Positions 26,789 through 41,410 of a DNA stretch of 64,000 bases are shown here, piece after piece. The position numbers and the translations under genes are program-made. Numbering within the stretch: position 1 is the first letter of the stretch; every line of letters begins with the position of its first letter. Source of the DNA: Octopus vulgaris (lineage: Eukaryota); the NCBI GenBank assembly GCA_951406725.2, contig OX597827.1, forward strand, positions 19,282,001 to 19,346,000. The letters run 5' to 3'. The notes below the pieces were generated by a model, which saw nothing but the letters and a program-made list of their open reading frames with translations, made no database searches and was not told the DNA's origin.

Positions 26789-27494
26789 TTGTCGCTAATT
26801 ATTACTATTAAAGATGTTTAGTAAACTTCACGTGCATTCAGGTAGTTCTCTTAATTCATTGATTCTATAAACCTGAATCGACAAACTACCAGTTAAGGCC
26901 CTTTGCAAGCAATATATATATATATATAACCATTTATTTTGTAATATCGCATTTTAGTAACTAGGCCATTCATTTCTATTTATTCCTGTTGAGTTTTTAT
27001 ATTCCCGCCCCAATTGTAACAATAGAAATATGAAACTAAATTTTATCGAAAGTGACATCGAGCTTAAGAAATAAGGTTTAATGACCCCTAAACATTGACC
27101 TTGGTTGCTTTCTCGTCTTGACACAGTTTTGGTGAGGCTGTTTTAGAATTGTGTGTGTGACCCCTCGTGACATAAATATTGAATTCAAGGGAGGTAATCC
27201 ATCATTCTGTTGTGTCTGGGAAGAATCATTCTCTTTTAGTGCCTTATTATTTAACACACTCACCGGTAAAATTTACACTTATTTATTTTATTTTTTTTTA
27301 AGAAATAAGTGTAAATTTTACCGGTGAGTGTGTTAAATAATAAGGCATTAAAAGAGAATGACTCCCCAGACACAACAGAATATGCTTCAACACACGAACT
27401 CATATAAAGAATCTTGCAAACCAAATCCAAAAACGAAATAATGCCAAACCGCTTCCCAAAATTTGTCTTCACGATTATTAAACACTTATTTATG

Positions 27495-27548
<54 letters not shown>

Positions 27549-27989
27549 ACATACACACACACACACACACCGTATAAGTATATATATATATACTTTTTTT
27601 TTTTACTTGTTTCAGTCATTTGACTGTGGCCATGCTGGAGCATCGCCTTTAGTCGAGCAAATCGACCCCAGGACAAATTCTTTGTAAGCCTAGTACTTAT
27701 TCTATCGGTCTCTTTTGCCGAACCGCTAAGTTACGGTGACGTAAACACACCAGCATCGGTTGTCAAGTGATGTTGGGGGGGACAAACACAGACACAAACA
27801 TATACATACACACATATATACATATATACGACGGGCTTCTTTCAGTTTCCGTCTACCAAACCCACTCACAAGGCTTTGGTCGACCCGAGGCTATAGTAGA
27901 AGACACTTGCCCAAGGTGCCACGCAGTGGGTCTGAACCCGGAACCATATGGTTCGTAAACAATCTACTTACCACACAGCCACTCCTACG

Positions 27990-28024
<35 letters not shown>

Positions 28025-28153
28025 GAAAGAACTCTGGCCGAAATAAGATTAAGATTAATGTAAAAAATAAATAACACTGAAGCAAAATAACACCAAATAT
28101 ATAGTGTGTGTGTTTTTATTGGCTAAACTGGCAATATGACCATTCCGAAATAT

Positions 28154-28192
<39 letters not shown>

Positions 28193-29793
28193 GTACATTC
28201 ATTAATGTGATGTCATCTGGAGAAATTAATCCATGAAGTGATCAACCCAATATCCACGGATACTACAGACTGTAATCATCCCAGGAATATGGACTGGGAT
28301 CTTAAGAGACATGTGGTTTGTGGAAACACATGTAGTAATGCATTAAATGTTTATGAATTCCATCCAAGGTTTAATGTTATTATTATATTTATCCTACGAG
28401 CGTGATCGTTGCCAGCCTCGCCTTACTGGCACTTGAGCACCATCTGAGCGTGATTGTTGCCAGAGCAGCTAACTGGCTTCCCTGCTGGTGGCATGTAGGA
28501 GGCACCATTCGAGCGGGATCGTTACCAGCATCGCCTTACTGGCACTTGTGCCGTTGGCATGTGTAAAAACTTCGAGCGAGATCGTTGCCAGTACCGCCTG
28601 GCTAGCCCCCGTGCCGGTGGCACGTAAAAGCACCCACTACACTCTCGGAGTGGTTGGCGTTAGGAAGGGCATCCAGCTGTAGAAACTCTGCCAAATCAAG
28701 ACTGGAGCTTGGTGCAGCCATCTGGTTTGCCAGCCCGCAGTCAAACCATCCAACCTATGCTAGCATGGAAAGCAGACGTTAAACGACGATGATGATGATC
28801 CTACCTTATATTGGTAATGTAGGATATATTTCGATGCAACCCCGAAAAACTGGTTCGTCAGTCAGCATCATTAGAAAGTGGCCGGCATAATAGAATAGGA
28901 GCTTTATTTGCATATTCAAAACATTTCCCCTAAGCAAATTTAAAAGATATGTATATATATATACTCTATGTATTCTTTCATTCTTTCCTTCTTTCTATCA
29001 GCCCTTTCACACTTCGTTCATTCCACTCTTCGTTCTTTCGTTCCCCTTCTCTTCTTGCTCACTTTCCCTCCTCTTTCACTTCATTGTGTCTCTTTCATTT
29101 TTCTCTCACCCCTCCTTAATCCTTCCATCCCTCTGCCTCTACCTCTCTCTCTTCTCCCCCCACATGACTGGTGTTTGGCCAGGCCTGACCTTTCTTTCTT
29201 GGTTTGACTACCATCTGTATTCCTCCTTGTGCCTGTCAAACCTTATGTCCCTACCGTAAGGCTTTACTTCCACACACGCCAGCTTAATTTAATTCGTCCT
29301 TAGTCGAAAGACACCTGTTGTTATGTCCTGTTAATTGCATTTGTATTTATGTCACATTTCTCTGTTTTTTTCCATCCTTGTTTTCGTATAGATTCGCTGC
29401 TTTCTTCCAAGGAATCTAATGCTCTTAGCTTAGTTTATCCTTGGGGCTGGCCAGATTGGAGCAATCTCAAGTATAACCAGCCGAAATTGCAAAGATAATC
29501 TGGAACTCGACTGAGGATAGAAAACTCCGAATGACCTTTCATCTGTCTAGATATTTTATTGTCCCGTCAACAAAACAAGGAGGTCTTCTCATGCAGTTGT
29601 AATTTACCTCCAGGTTCTGTAAAGCTAAGAAAGGGAAAACTTAACCCTAATCCTTTCTCTTGTATGTATAGGAGGTATGCAGTTTATCATAAATAACTTT
29701 CCCAGATGATTCAGTATCTCTTGAAGGGAGAAAAACACTCAAGCACTGTAGAAAACCTATTCTGTTTGACACAGAAACGCTAGGGAGACAAAC

Positions 29794-29844
<51 letters not shown>

Positions 29845-32800
29845 TATATACGACAGGCTTCTTTCAGTTTCCGTCTACCAAATCCACTCACAAGGCATTG
29901 GTCGGCCCGGGGCTATAGCAGAAGACACTTGCCCAAGATGCCACGCAGTGGGACTGAACCCGGAACCATGTGGTTGGTTAGCAAGCTACTTACCACACAG
30001 CCACTCCTGCGCCTAGTGTTAAAAACAAATATGATCTTTTCCCATTAACTTTTACTAAAGAAGACTTCAGGATAGGTTATGGGTCAAGTTTAGTGAGTCA
30101 GGGTTTCGAGGATGAAGAAATGACCAATGGAGAAACCACACATGAAGTGATATTGTGAAGAGTTGTCCAATTAATGACACAAGAAAGTAAATTAGTTGTA
30201 ATGATGGAGACGGCTATGAAGATATTCTCTGGGTTAGTGATGTCTGTTGATGTTTCATCAACAGGTAGGAGTGGCTGTGTGGTAAGTAGCTTGCTTACGA
30301 ACTACATGGTTCCGGGTTCAGTCCCACTGCATGGCACCTTGGGCAAGTGTCTTCTACTATAGCCTCGGGCTGACCAAAGCCCTACTACCTCGCAATCAAA
30401 TTATCTTATCCATTGAACCATTTCACTTCTGCATTTATTATTTGAATGTTTTAAGGGCTGTGAATCATCAGAACATTGAGCAAAATACTTTGCATTGTTT
30501 GTTTCTATTCTGTCCTGAGTTCTAGTCCTGCCAAGGTTGATTTTACCTTTAATTCTTCCGAGGTTGATAAAATGAAGTACTAGTCAAGTACTAGAGTCGA
30601 AGTAATCTTCTATTCCACTCCTCCAAAATTTCCGCTCTTTAATAAGTATTTAAGTGATTTACCTACTCTTTACTCGTTTTAGTCATTTGACTGTGGCCAT
30701 GCTGGAGCACCGCCTTTATTCAAACGAATCAACCCCAGGACTTATTCTTTGTAATCCTAGTACTTATTCTATCGGTCTCTTTTGCCAAACCGTGAAGTTA
30801 CGGGGACGTAAACACACCAGCATCAGTTGTCAAGCGATGTTGGGGGGGACAAACACAGACACACAGACATACACACACATATACATGTATATACATATAT
30901 ACAACAGGCTTCTTTCAGTTTCCGTCTACCAAATCCACTCACAAGGCTTTGGTCGGCCCGAGGCTATAGTAGAAGACACTTGCCCAAGGTGCCATGCAGT
31001 GGGACTGAACCTGGAACCATGTAGTTTGTACGCTAGCTACTTAGCACACAGCCACTCCTATGCAAGCTACTTACCACACAGCCACTCCTACCTGTTGATG
31101 AAACATCAACAGACATCACTAACCCAGAGAATATCTTCATAGCCATCTCCATCATTACAACTAATTTACTTTCTTGTGTCATTAATTGGACAACTCTTCA
31201 CAATATCACTTCATGTGTGGTTTATCCATTGGTCATTTCTTCATCCTTGAAACCCTGACTCACTAAACTTGACCCATAACCTATCCTGAAGTCTTCTTTA
31301 GTAAAAGTTAATGGGAAAAAAATCATATTTGTTTTTAACACTAGGTGCAGGAGTGGCTGTGTGGTAAGTAGCTTGCTAACCAACCACATGGTTCCGGGTT
31401 CAGTCCCACTGCGTGGCATCTTGGGCAAGTGTCTTCTGCTATAGCCCCGGGCCGACCAATGCCTTGTGAGTGGATTTGGTAGACGGAAACTGAAAGAAGC
31501 CTGTCGTTTATATGTATATATATATATATGTATGTGTGTGTGTTTGTCCCCCTAGCATTGCTTGACATCGATGCTGGTGTGTTTATGTCCCCGTCACTTA
31601 GCGGTTCGGCAAAGGAGATCGATAGAATAAGTACTGGGCTTACAAAGAATAAGTCCCGGGGTCAATTTGCTCGATGAAAGGCGGTGATCCAGCATGGCTG
31701 CAGTCAAATGACTGAAACAAGTAAAAGAGTAAAAGAGAGAGTAAGAGTATGTGACCAGGGCTACACATTATTTTTAAGAGCGTCTTAGTGAGATAAAAGA
31801 CATTACATTCAGCCATTCTGTTGAGTCCTGATCAAGCAGACTTATAAAATAATGAAAAATATTTCAGCTGTAACCACCCTGTCTTTTTGTTTCTAGTTAG
31901 TTTATCATCATCATCATCATTTAATGTCCATTGTCCATGCTGGTATGAGTTGGACAGCTTGACCAGAGCTGGCAAGCCAGAGAGCTGGACAAGATTCCAG
32001 TCTTATTTGGCATGGTTTCTATGGCTGGATGCCCTTCCTAATGCCAACTGCTTTACAGAGTGTGCTGGGTGGTTTTATATGGCACTGCATAGATAATTCT
32101 AAATATATATATATATATATATATATATTGATAAAAACTGTAAGATAACGAAAGAAAGAAAGAGACCTCAATATTATGTAAATAGAGGAAATTTATCTGT
32201 AAAATAATATGTGACAATTATTCAATAGCCAAGATAAAACTCTGAGTTTCGGATGCCGAGGTGGAAATCCACAACACCATCTCTTCGGTTCTAATATATA
32301 TATATATTTAGAATTGGCTTTCAAACAGCTTCTGTCTAACAAATTCAGAGCCATAGTTGAAGACACTTGCCCATGGTTCCACACAGTAGGACTGAGTCTG
32401 AAACTATGTGGTTGCAAAGTGAGCTTCTTAACCATAGAACCATATTCCTGCTATTAAATTTCCATTAAGTATTTTTGATTTAAAATTTATTTTTACTATC
32501 TTAACTGCCATTGGATTGTGGCTATGCTAGAATACCACTTTCAAAAGTTTAACACAGAACCCAGGTCTTGTTCTTAGCAGGATGAAAGGCAATGTAGTTT
32601 TCACTGTTATAATCAAAATAGGAATCGAAATTGAACCAATCCTATGACTGGCACCAGGCAGTTGCCAGGACCGCTGGACTGACTCCTGTGCAGGTGGCAA
32701 GTGAAATAACACCATTTCGACCCTGTGCTTGAGGAGATCCATTGAGTCAAGTACACCAACATCAAAATCAATGGAAACTGCAGTTGTGATCCCTGTGCCG

Positions 32801-33193
32801 GTGGCATGTAAAAAGCACCATCTGAACGTGGCCGATGCCAGTGCTGCGTTGACTGGCTTCCGTGCCGGTGGCACGTAAAATGCACCAATTAGATCGTGGC
32901 CGTTGCGAGCCTCGCCTGGCACGTAAAAAGCACCCACTACACTCACGGAGTGGTTGGCGTTAGGAAGGGCGTCCAGCTGTAAAAACACTGCCAGATCAGA
33001 CTGGAGCCTGGTGCAGCCTTCTGGCTTCCCAGATCTCCGGTAGAACCGTTCAACCCATGCTAGCATGGAGAACGGACGTTAAACGATGATGATGATGATG
33101 AATTTAAATCTTTAGGATTAAGATTTTTTTTACATAGATATTTATGTTTTTATATTCTGTGATTTAATTCTGTTATTTGTTTATCCTTTACAG

Positions 33194-33485
33194 AGAGCAG
33201 AGAATCAAAGACAATATGAAGGCTATGCCAAAGTTGATTGCCGAATTTCATAAGCAGACTGAACAGAAAGAACTGTTACAGAAGAAGCAGGAAGAAAAGA
33301 AAGCCAAGCTTCTTGAAGAGGCACGAGCATACTTTGGTTATTCAGTAGACCCACGTGACGAAAAATTCAAGCAAATGTTGGCTGAGAAAGAAGCTGCAGA
33401 AAAGAAAGCAGCAAAACAACGGAAGAAAGCTGAGAGATTGGCAAAAGTTACTGCCAGGTTATCGATGGGCGATAAAGGATCTTAA
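33194..33485 (+). CDS. GADD45GIP1: GADD45GIP1/CRIF1 homolog, coding exon 2
   Basis: Acceptor TTTACAG|A is phase-compatible with exon 1 (AG+A = Arg). Translation EQRIKDNMKAMPKLI...LLEEARAYFGYSVDPRDEKFKQML matches the CRIF1 GY.VDPR..F..ML motif. Stop TAA 33483-33485. Spliced CDS 747 nt, 248 aa. Confidence 0.9.
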
Positions 33486-33567
33486 ATTAAATATATTTTA
33501 TAAAATGTTTGAAACGTGTTCTGTGTTGAATCATGTAATTAGGACTTGCATTTATTTATTGAACAAA

Positions 33568-33573
33568 AATAAA
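33568..33573 (+). promoter_or_regulatory. Candidate polyadenylation signal of GADD45GIP1
   Basis: AATAAA about 80 nt after the stop codon, followed by a GT-rich stretch. Confidence 0.45.
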
Positions 33574-34588
33574 AAGGAAAAAACGAAAACTAAAGATGTG
33601 TTGTTATTGTTTAACCCTTTAGCATTCAAATTAATATGTCATAAGTAATCCTTATTCATTTACGTTTTAAAAAATTAATCTGGTATTATCTTGTAGCTTC
33701 AAGATTTGAAAGATGTAATTGTTTATTTTTAGAATTACATTGCAGGGTAGGTGTGAAATACTGGTTCTGGCCAGTTTGGCGCATAAAAGGAGTAGAATAT
33801 TTGGGCCAGATATAGCCGGTTTAAACACTAAAGGGTCAAACCCAGGTCAGCCCTGATCAAATAGAACTATGACCAAAAGCATTCCTATCATGACCATCTC
33901 TCTTTTCTTTTTTTTTTTTCCTACTTTTTAAGATTACTATTGTTATGGCCTAGGTTCAAATTCCAGTAAATATTTTCTTTATTATTATTAAGATGATGAG
34001 CTGTTAGAATCATTAGCACACCGGACAAGGTGCTTAGCAGCATTTTGGCTGTTTTTATGGTCTAAGTTCAAATTCCACCAAGGTCAGGTTTGCTTTCATC
34101 CTTTTGGAATCAATGAAATAAATACCTATTTCTTTACTACCCACAAGGGGCTCAACACAGAGGAGACAAACAAGGATAGACAGACGGATTAAGTCAATTA
34201 TATCGACCCCAGTGCGTAACTGGTACTTAATTTATCGACCCCGAAAGGATGAAAGGCAAAGCCAACCTCAGCGGAATTTTAACTCAGAACATAACGGCAG
34301 ACGAAATACGGCTACGCATTATCACCTGGCGTGCTAACGTTTCTGCCAGCTCGCCACCTTAATCAATGAAATAAATACCACTCAAGCATCGGGGCTGATG
34401 TAATCAACTAGCCCCTTTACTAAAATTGCTAGCCTTGTGCCAAATTTAGAAAGAACAAGACAAAATGCCCTACAATATTTGTTCAATCTCATTTATGTTC
34501 TTAGTTCATATTTTGCCATAGTCAGCTTTCCTTCTCATCCTTTGAGGGGACTGTAAAATAAAGTACTAGGCAGGTACTGGGGCCAATG

Positions 34589-34999
34589 GGATCTTTTCGG
34601 TTTGAACGGCAGTTTTTTCTAGCGGTGTCATATGAACTTGTCACCCATAATTATGACCCTAGTATCAATCTATTGCATTTCAATCTGTTTTAGGGTTAAG
34701 GGTGGGGGGAAGGGTATCTTTTTTTCTTCACAAATGTAACTAAACCCAATCTGTTTCTTAAACAAGGGACATATTCATACGGCACAGAATGCTTTTTACC
34801 TCAATAGACGTCAGTGATTGGTTGAAATTGCAGAAATTGAAGAAAAAAAACAACAAATATCTTACAAACTATAGAATTTTCTCAACAAAGCCAAGAGAAA
34901 AAGATGTTTTATAAACACATTCTACCAGTATATGAAGTTTAAAATTTTTTAGTTACCTAGAAATTATGTTCAAAACTGCCGTTCAAACCGAAAAGATCC
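34589..34999. mobile_element. Same MITE family, copy 2
   Basis: Same TIRs; TSD GGCCAATG on both sides. Confidence 0.85.
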
Positions 35000-35072
35000 G
35001 GCCAATGTAATCCACTTGGCCTACTTCCCCTCAATATGGTTGGCTATGTGACTAAGTTAGATTTATTTTTAA

Positions 35073-35466
35073 CTAGAAGTATCGCCAGGCATTGCTCGGA
35101 TTTGTAAGGGAAATAACTATATAAACATTTTTAGAGATGTAAAGTATAATAGCCATCTCAATATGGCTAACCACAAAGGGGGCGGTGTTACTGTAGCTTT
35201 TTACGTTCTGAGATTTAATAGTAAATTTTTAGAGAGTTACTTCCCTTATATATGCCAAAAATGCATTAAAAATGGGAAAGATTGATGGTAAATTTTTTTA
35301 AAAATCGTAGACTCATCGTAGACACGCGCTAATACCCAGAAGGGCTCGATATGAATCACGACTATAAGATACCCGGTTTTGGTTAAACTGCACCGCAAAA
35401 TGTGGGAGGAGTTAGGAATCTAAATCGTAGGAGACAGACACACAACTTCAATTTTATATATAAAGA
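35073..35466 (-). mobile_element. Non-autonomous Helitron-like element related to 16480-16849
   Basis: 5' TCTTTATATATAAAA and 3' CCGAGCAATGCCTGG...CTAG|T; shares TTTGTAAGGGAAA..ACTAT with the 16480 copy. Confidence 0.7.
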
Positions 35467-37203
35467 TTTATTCAGAAGTGAAGTAATAAAACACATAACG
35501 TTTGAGACTATCCTAAGATTGGCAAAGTTGATGTTCAGCCTGAAGTATGAAGCAGTTTATTCATGATTCAAATAGGAAAAGATGTTAGCAGCAGAGAGAG
35601 AGAATTCTAAAGGGTTCTATTTCTATGGAAGAATCATTGAGAAGGAAATGGTTTTGTGCGTGATTTTAAGTATTGGGTATTTCTTTGTAGTGACTACTGA
35701 AAACATAGTCAAATGTTCTAAGTGATTTACCTACTCTTTACTCTTTTACTTGTTTCAGTCATTTAACCGTTGATTACATTGACCCCCAACCCCCACCCCA
35801 GTATTTGACTGGTATTCTATTTTTTTGAACCCCCGAAGGGATGAAAGGCATAGTTGACCTCAGCAGGATTTGAACTCGGCATGTAAAGAGTTTGAAGAAA
35901 TGGCACTAAGCATCTTTGTGCTATCATATATTTCTGCATGTGTGTGTGTGTGTGTGCACATACCTTTGTCACTGTTTGATGACTGGTGTCGGTTTGTTTA
36001 TGTTCATGTAATGTAGCAGTTTGGCAAAAAGGGACTGATAGAATATTTATACACCTTGGAAAGACCAAAGATTGAAGTTGTACATAGCTTGCTAGTTTAG
36101 TGGTGTAGAAGCTATACAGTTGAGAATCCCTAACCTGAAATTAACAGGCCCAGAAGTGTTGCAGATATGGGATTTTTTTTCAGATTTCAGAGTATTTTTA
36201 TACATGCAATTATAAAATGGGACTTCTTAGGGGCAGGATCCAAGTCTAAACACAAAATCCATTTACATTTGCAGGACACAAAGCAGGCAGTATTCACAAT
36301 GGGTAATGAGCAAAGGTGTTACTGTGACCACAAGACTGCCACCAAAAGCAGTCAACTCACCTGTGCTGGGTGGGGAAGACCCACCCAGAGTGGGTGAGGT
36401 CATATCTCAATGGCACAAGACAACTGTACTTAGAGGAACCTTCCCAGCATTTTGTGGAAATTTTCCATTCTTGGTATCATTTCTGCATTCAAAAAAACAT
36501 TCAGATTTTGGAATTTCAGATAAAGGACTAAGAACAGAGCACAGAGAGACAACAGGGTAATGCTGTTAGTAGGAGAGGTTGGAAGGGTGAAAGGAAGGGG
36601 TGCAATGCCTGAGATATCAAGTCTTGTTTGTAGTTTTAATTAAACTGAATTCCACTAAAATCTGAGGTTTGTCTCCCTTGAAATTCTTTTTTCATTTTAT
36701 CTAGTTTCAGCTCATGAGCTGTGGCCATGCTGGGGCACTGCCATTTTTGGTCAGAATTTAATAAGTTAGTGAATTTTCCCAAGTTTGAGGTTCGTCTCTT
36801 TTGAATTTCTTTGCCATAATTTAATAAGCAAATAAAGTATAGCGTCAGAACACATTAAGAACATAACAAATAGTACACCTGTGAACCAATGGTTGTAGCA
36901 TGGGAGACTGTTCTAGAAAAGTCAAAACAATGGTTGGTTATATGGGGGTTGAAGTAGTCTAGTTTTTTTGTTTTTTTTACTTTTACTGGTTCAGTTATTG
37001 GACTGTGGCTATACTTGATCACCACCATGAAGGGTTTAGAGCAGTGGTCCCCAACAATTTTTTTTATCTATGGACGGACCTCTTTGGATTTTATTTTACT
37101 TGGATGGCCCCTCATTACCATTTGATATTTAAAATAATCCTATTATATTTTTTAAATTAAATGTTATTAGGAACTGTGTAAAAAAATTAAAGTATTTTGT
37201 ATA

Positions 37204-37761
37204 TTGGGTCATCCCATAAATACTTCTTTTATTTTTCAAAATTAAGATAAACAAAGTTCTTTTTTAATCTAAAATATACTCTCCTTCATTTTCTACAATG
37301 CTTGTCCATCTATCTGGTAAACTTCCAAGGCCCTCTTCCAAACTTCACTTGCCCATGACAAAATATACTCCTCCAGTAGTTCTGACATCATCTATAGAAT
37401 TCATATTTTTTCTGTCCAAATGATTTTGAAGACTGCGGAATAAATGGTAATCAGATGGGGCAATGTCCAGTGAATATGGTGGGTGGGGCATTATTTCCCA
37501 TTCAAACTGCTCCAGCCTTTGGAATGTCATCCTTGTTGTAATGTGATCGAGTATTATCCTGAAGGAAGAACACCTTTCGTTTTGAAGCCAAAGATAGGCG
37601 CAGGAGTGGCTGTGTGGTAAGTAGCTTGTTTATCAACCATATGGTTCCGGGTTCAGTCCCACTGCGTGGCACCTTGGGCAAGTGTCTTCTACTATAGCCT
37701 CGGGCCGACCAAAGCCTTGTGAGTGGATTCGGTAGACGGAAACTGAAAGAAGCCAGTCGTA

Positions 37762-37817
<56 letters not shown>

Positions 37818-38515
37818 CGTGTATGTTTGTGTCTGTGTTTGTCCCCCTAGCATTGCTTGACAACTGATGCTGGTGTGTTTATGTCCCCGTTACTTAGCGG
37901 TTCGATAAAAGAGACTGATAGAATAAGTCCTGGGGTCAAGTTGCTTGATTAAAGGCGGTGCTCCAGCATGGCCACAGTCAAAATGACTGAAACAAGTAAA
38001 AGAGTAAAGAGTATAGTCGTTTTTCTTCTAGCACTGATGTGAATGACTGGTTCAAAGACTAAATCTAAGCTTCTCTGCTAGTTTCCCAACGGTTATGGTG
38101 GGATTTTGTCCCACCAGAGTTTGCAGGATGTCCTCATCAAACTCTACAGATGTTCCAGGATGAGGTTTGCCTTCTAGGCTGCAGTTTCTGGAACCACCAT
38201 TGACACTGGCTTACGGTTATTGTCCGATCCCCATATACTGCATTAATATTCCTCGCACTTTCTGTTACATCGTTGTGTTTATTGAACTCACAAAGCAAAA
38301 TATACCAAATATGCTCCTTTGACACTTCCATTATAGCTTTGAAAAAAATAGCTGTTAAAATCGAACTGCACTCTTCAAAACTTGCACTAAGAATAAGTTC
38401 AAAGTAAACTTACTACATGCTTTTATAGCAAGTTGATGCAGGTAGTTTATCCCACCCCGCTCCGACTTTTAGGTCATGCAATTGAAAAAAAAAATTTTTT
38501 TATGGGATGACCCAA
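37204..38515 (-). mobile_element. Degenerate mariner element interrupted by a SINE
   Basis: TIRs TTGGGTCATCCCATAAA / TTTATGGGATGACCCAA with TA flanks. Peptides HPPYSLDIAPSDYHLFRSLQNHL and MEVSKEHIWYILLCEF...ARNINAVYG. Confidence 0.88.
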
Positions 38516-40471
38516 TATCAGAAGTAAATCCAAGTTATTGTACATACCTTTTAACAACAAAATCTTACATGAAGCCCGCTTGAGGACCGGTAGTTTAGTG
38601 GAATAAATAGGCCCCAGTGCTTCCTTTTTATTCTATCAGTCCCTTTTTGCCAAACCGCTACATTACATGAACATAAACAAACCAACACCAGTCATCAAAC
38701 AGTAACAAAGGTATGTGCACACACACACACACACACACATGCAGAAATATATGATAGCACAAAAATGCTTAATGCCATTTCTTCAAACTCTTTACACGCT
38801 GAGTTCAAATCCTGCTGAGGTCGACTATGCCTTTCATCCCTTTGAGGGTTCAATAAAATAAAATACCAGCCAAATACTGGGGGGATGGGGGTCAATGTAA
38901 TCAACTTGCTCCCTTCCCCTGAAAAATGGGACAAAGTTGTAATTTCAATCATTTATACACCTTGGAAACCAGATAACCAACTTATGGGCACAAGGGCTAC
39001 AGAAAAAAAAAATTGGAGAACAAAATATCTTTGAAATTGATGCTCCGGTATGGCCACAGACCAACGATTAAAACTTAGTAAACAAATAAAACTAGGAAGT
39101 AGGAGTGGCTGTGTGTTAAGTAGCTTGCTTACGAACCACATGGTTCCGGGTTCAGTCCCACTGCGTGGCACATTGGGCAAGTGTCTTCTACTATAGCCTC
39201 GGGCCAACCAAAGCCTTGTGAGTGGGTTTGGTAGACGGAAACTGAAAGAAGCCCGTTGTATATATGTATATATATTTATTTGTGTGTGTGTGTATGTCTA
39301 TGTGTCTGTGTGTCTGTTCCCCCAACATTGCTTGACAACCGATGCTGGTGTGTTTACGTCCCCATAACTTAGCGGTTCGGCAAAAAGAGACCGATAGAAT
39401 AAGTACTAGGCTTACAAAGAATAAGTCCTGGAGGTCGATTTGCTCGACTAAAAGGTAGTGCTCCAGCATGGCCACAGTCAAATGACTGAAACAAGTAAAA
39501 GAGTAAGTAGGAAAGAAAACAAAAAAAAACAAGGAAAATCCGTGAGCAAACAGAGGTTTGTGTTTTTTTTTTCTTTTTGTTTATTTAAAATTTTGTTTAC
39601 ATTATCATCAACGTCATCACTGCCATCGGAGTTTGTCATTATGATTATCTGTCATCGTTATGATCATCATGATTATCATCATCATCATAGTCACTGTCGT
39701 CAGTCATAAATATCGACCTTATCAACTTCATCATTGTCGTAGCTGTCATCACCACCACCACAACCACCACCACCTTCATTGTTGAAATTGTCATCTGTGT
39801 CATCATCATCAAAATTGACATCATCATCATCATCATCATCATCATTGCCGTTGTCATCAGCATAGTTGTGATCACCTTAGTCATAATCATCATTATAATT
39901 GTCCTCGTCATTATCAGTTATCGTTAGCATTATCATAATTATCATTGTAATTACCATCATTGTCATCATCATCTTTCCAGTCATTAACGACATTATCATA
40001 GTTTATGATTATTATAATTATTTATCATCATCATCATCATAATCATCAACATTCGATTTTCTGTAATAGTAGTATTATCGTCATCGTTAGGAATAACGAG
40101 TCTAGACTGATCAACAACAACAACAACAACAACTACAACAAATGCATACAGTACTGTGGTAGGAGCATTTGCTGGGTTACGCAGAATCGGGTTGCCATGC
40201 ATGAGCGAATGAGTGTGTCGTGAGGGGTGGGTGAGATCATGGAGCGAAAGGTGAAATCTTACAGGGATGAATGGATGGATAAGATGGAGGATGGGAATGG
40301 TTACATGTGCAACTTGATGAAATGTTCATGTGGCGACATGGAGGTGAGAAGAGAAAAAGAGGTAGTGGAGATAGTAAAAAATAATGGGAAGGTTGTTTCC
40401 TCAGACATGTAGATGTAGCTGTCACCATGGAGACAAACACACATACACACACACAGAAATATCAATGCATG

Positions 40472-40692
<221 letters not shown>

Positions 40693-41369
40693 AAACTATT
40701 ATTTGAGGGAATAAAATCCAAACTTACAAGGAAAAAGAATTCAATTTAGAAATACTAAATCAAATTCCACACAATATAATACATATATATAAAATATTAG
40801 AAAAAAACCACCTTTTATCAATTCAAAATGAATAATTAAATTACACCATCTAGAAAATTACATATAATAGAAAAGTTAAAATTAAAATAACAATAAAAAG
40901 TAAAGATTAAGTAAATTACAAAAATAATATAATGTATATAATAGGTATATAATATAATGTATATAATACCTATTATATACATTATAATATTTTTGTAATT
41001 TACTTAATCTTTACTGTTTAATTGTTATTTTAATTTTAACTTTTCTATTATATGTAATTTTTTTAGATGGTGTAATTTAATTATTTATTTTGAATTGATA
41101 AAAGGTGGATTTTTTCTAATATTTATATATATATATATATATATAAATACCAATCAAATATATATATGTGTGCATATATATATGCATGTGTGTCAGTGTA
41201 CATGTGAGAGTGAGTGAGTGTGTGTGTGTGTGTGTGCGCACACAGGTGTGTGTGTGGTTTTGGGTTCAATATACCAATCAAATATATATATGTGTGCATA
41301 TACATGTGAATGTGTATATGTGTGTGCATGTATATATATATGCATGTGTCAGTGTACATGTGAGAGTGA

Positions 41370-41410
<41 letters not shown>

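Noticed and set aside
30654-31142. Recurring ORFs containing GLLSVSVYQIHSQGFGRPEAIVEDTCPRCHAVGLN or FLQLDALPNANH
   Set aside because: Antisense translations of SINE A and RTE-tail repeats; start and stop positions vary between copies.
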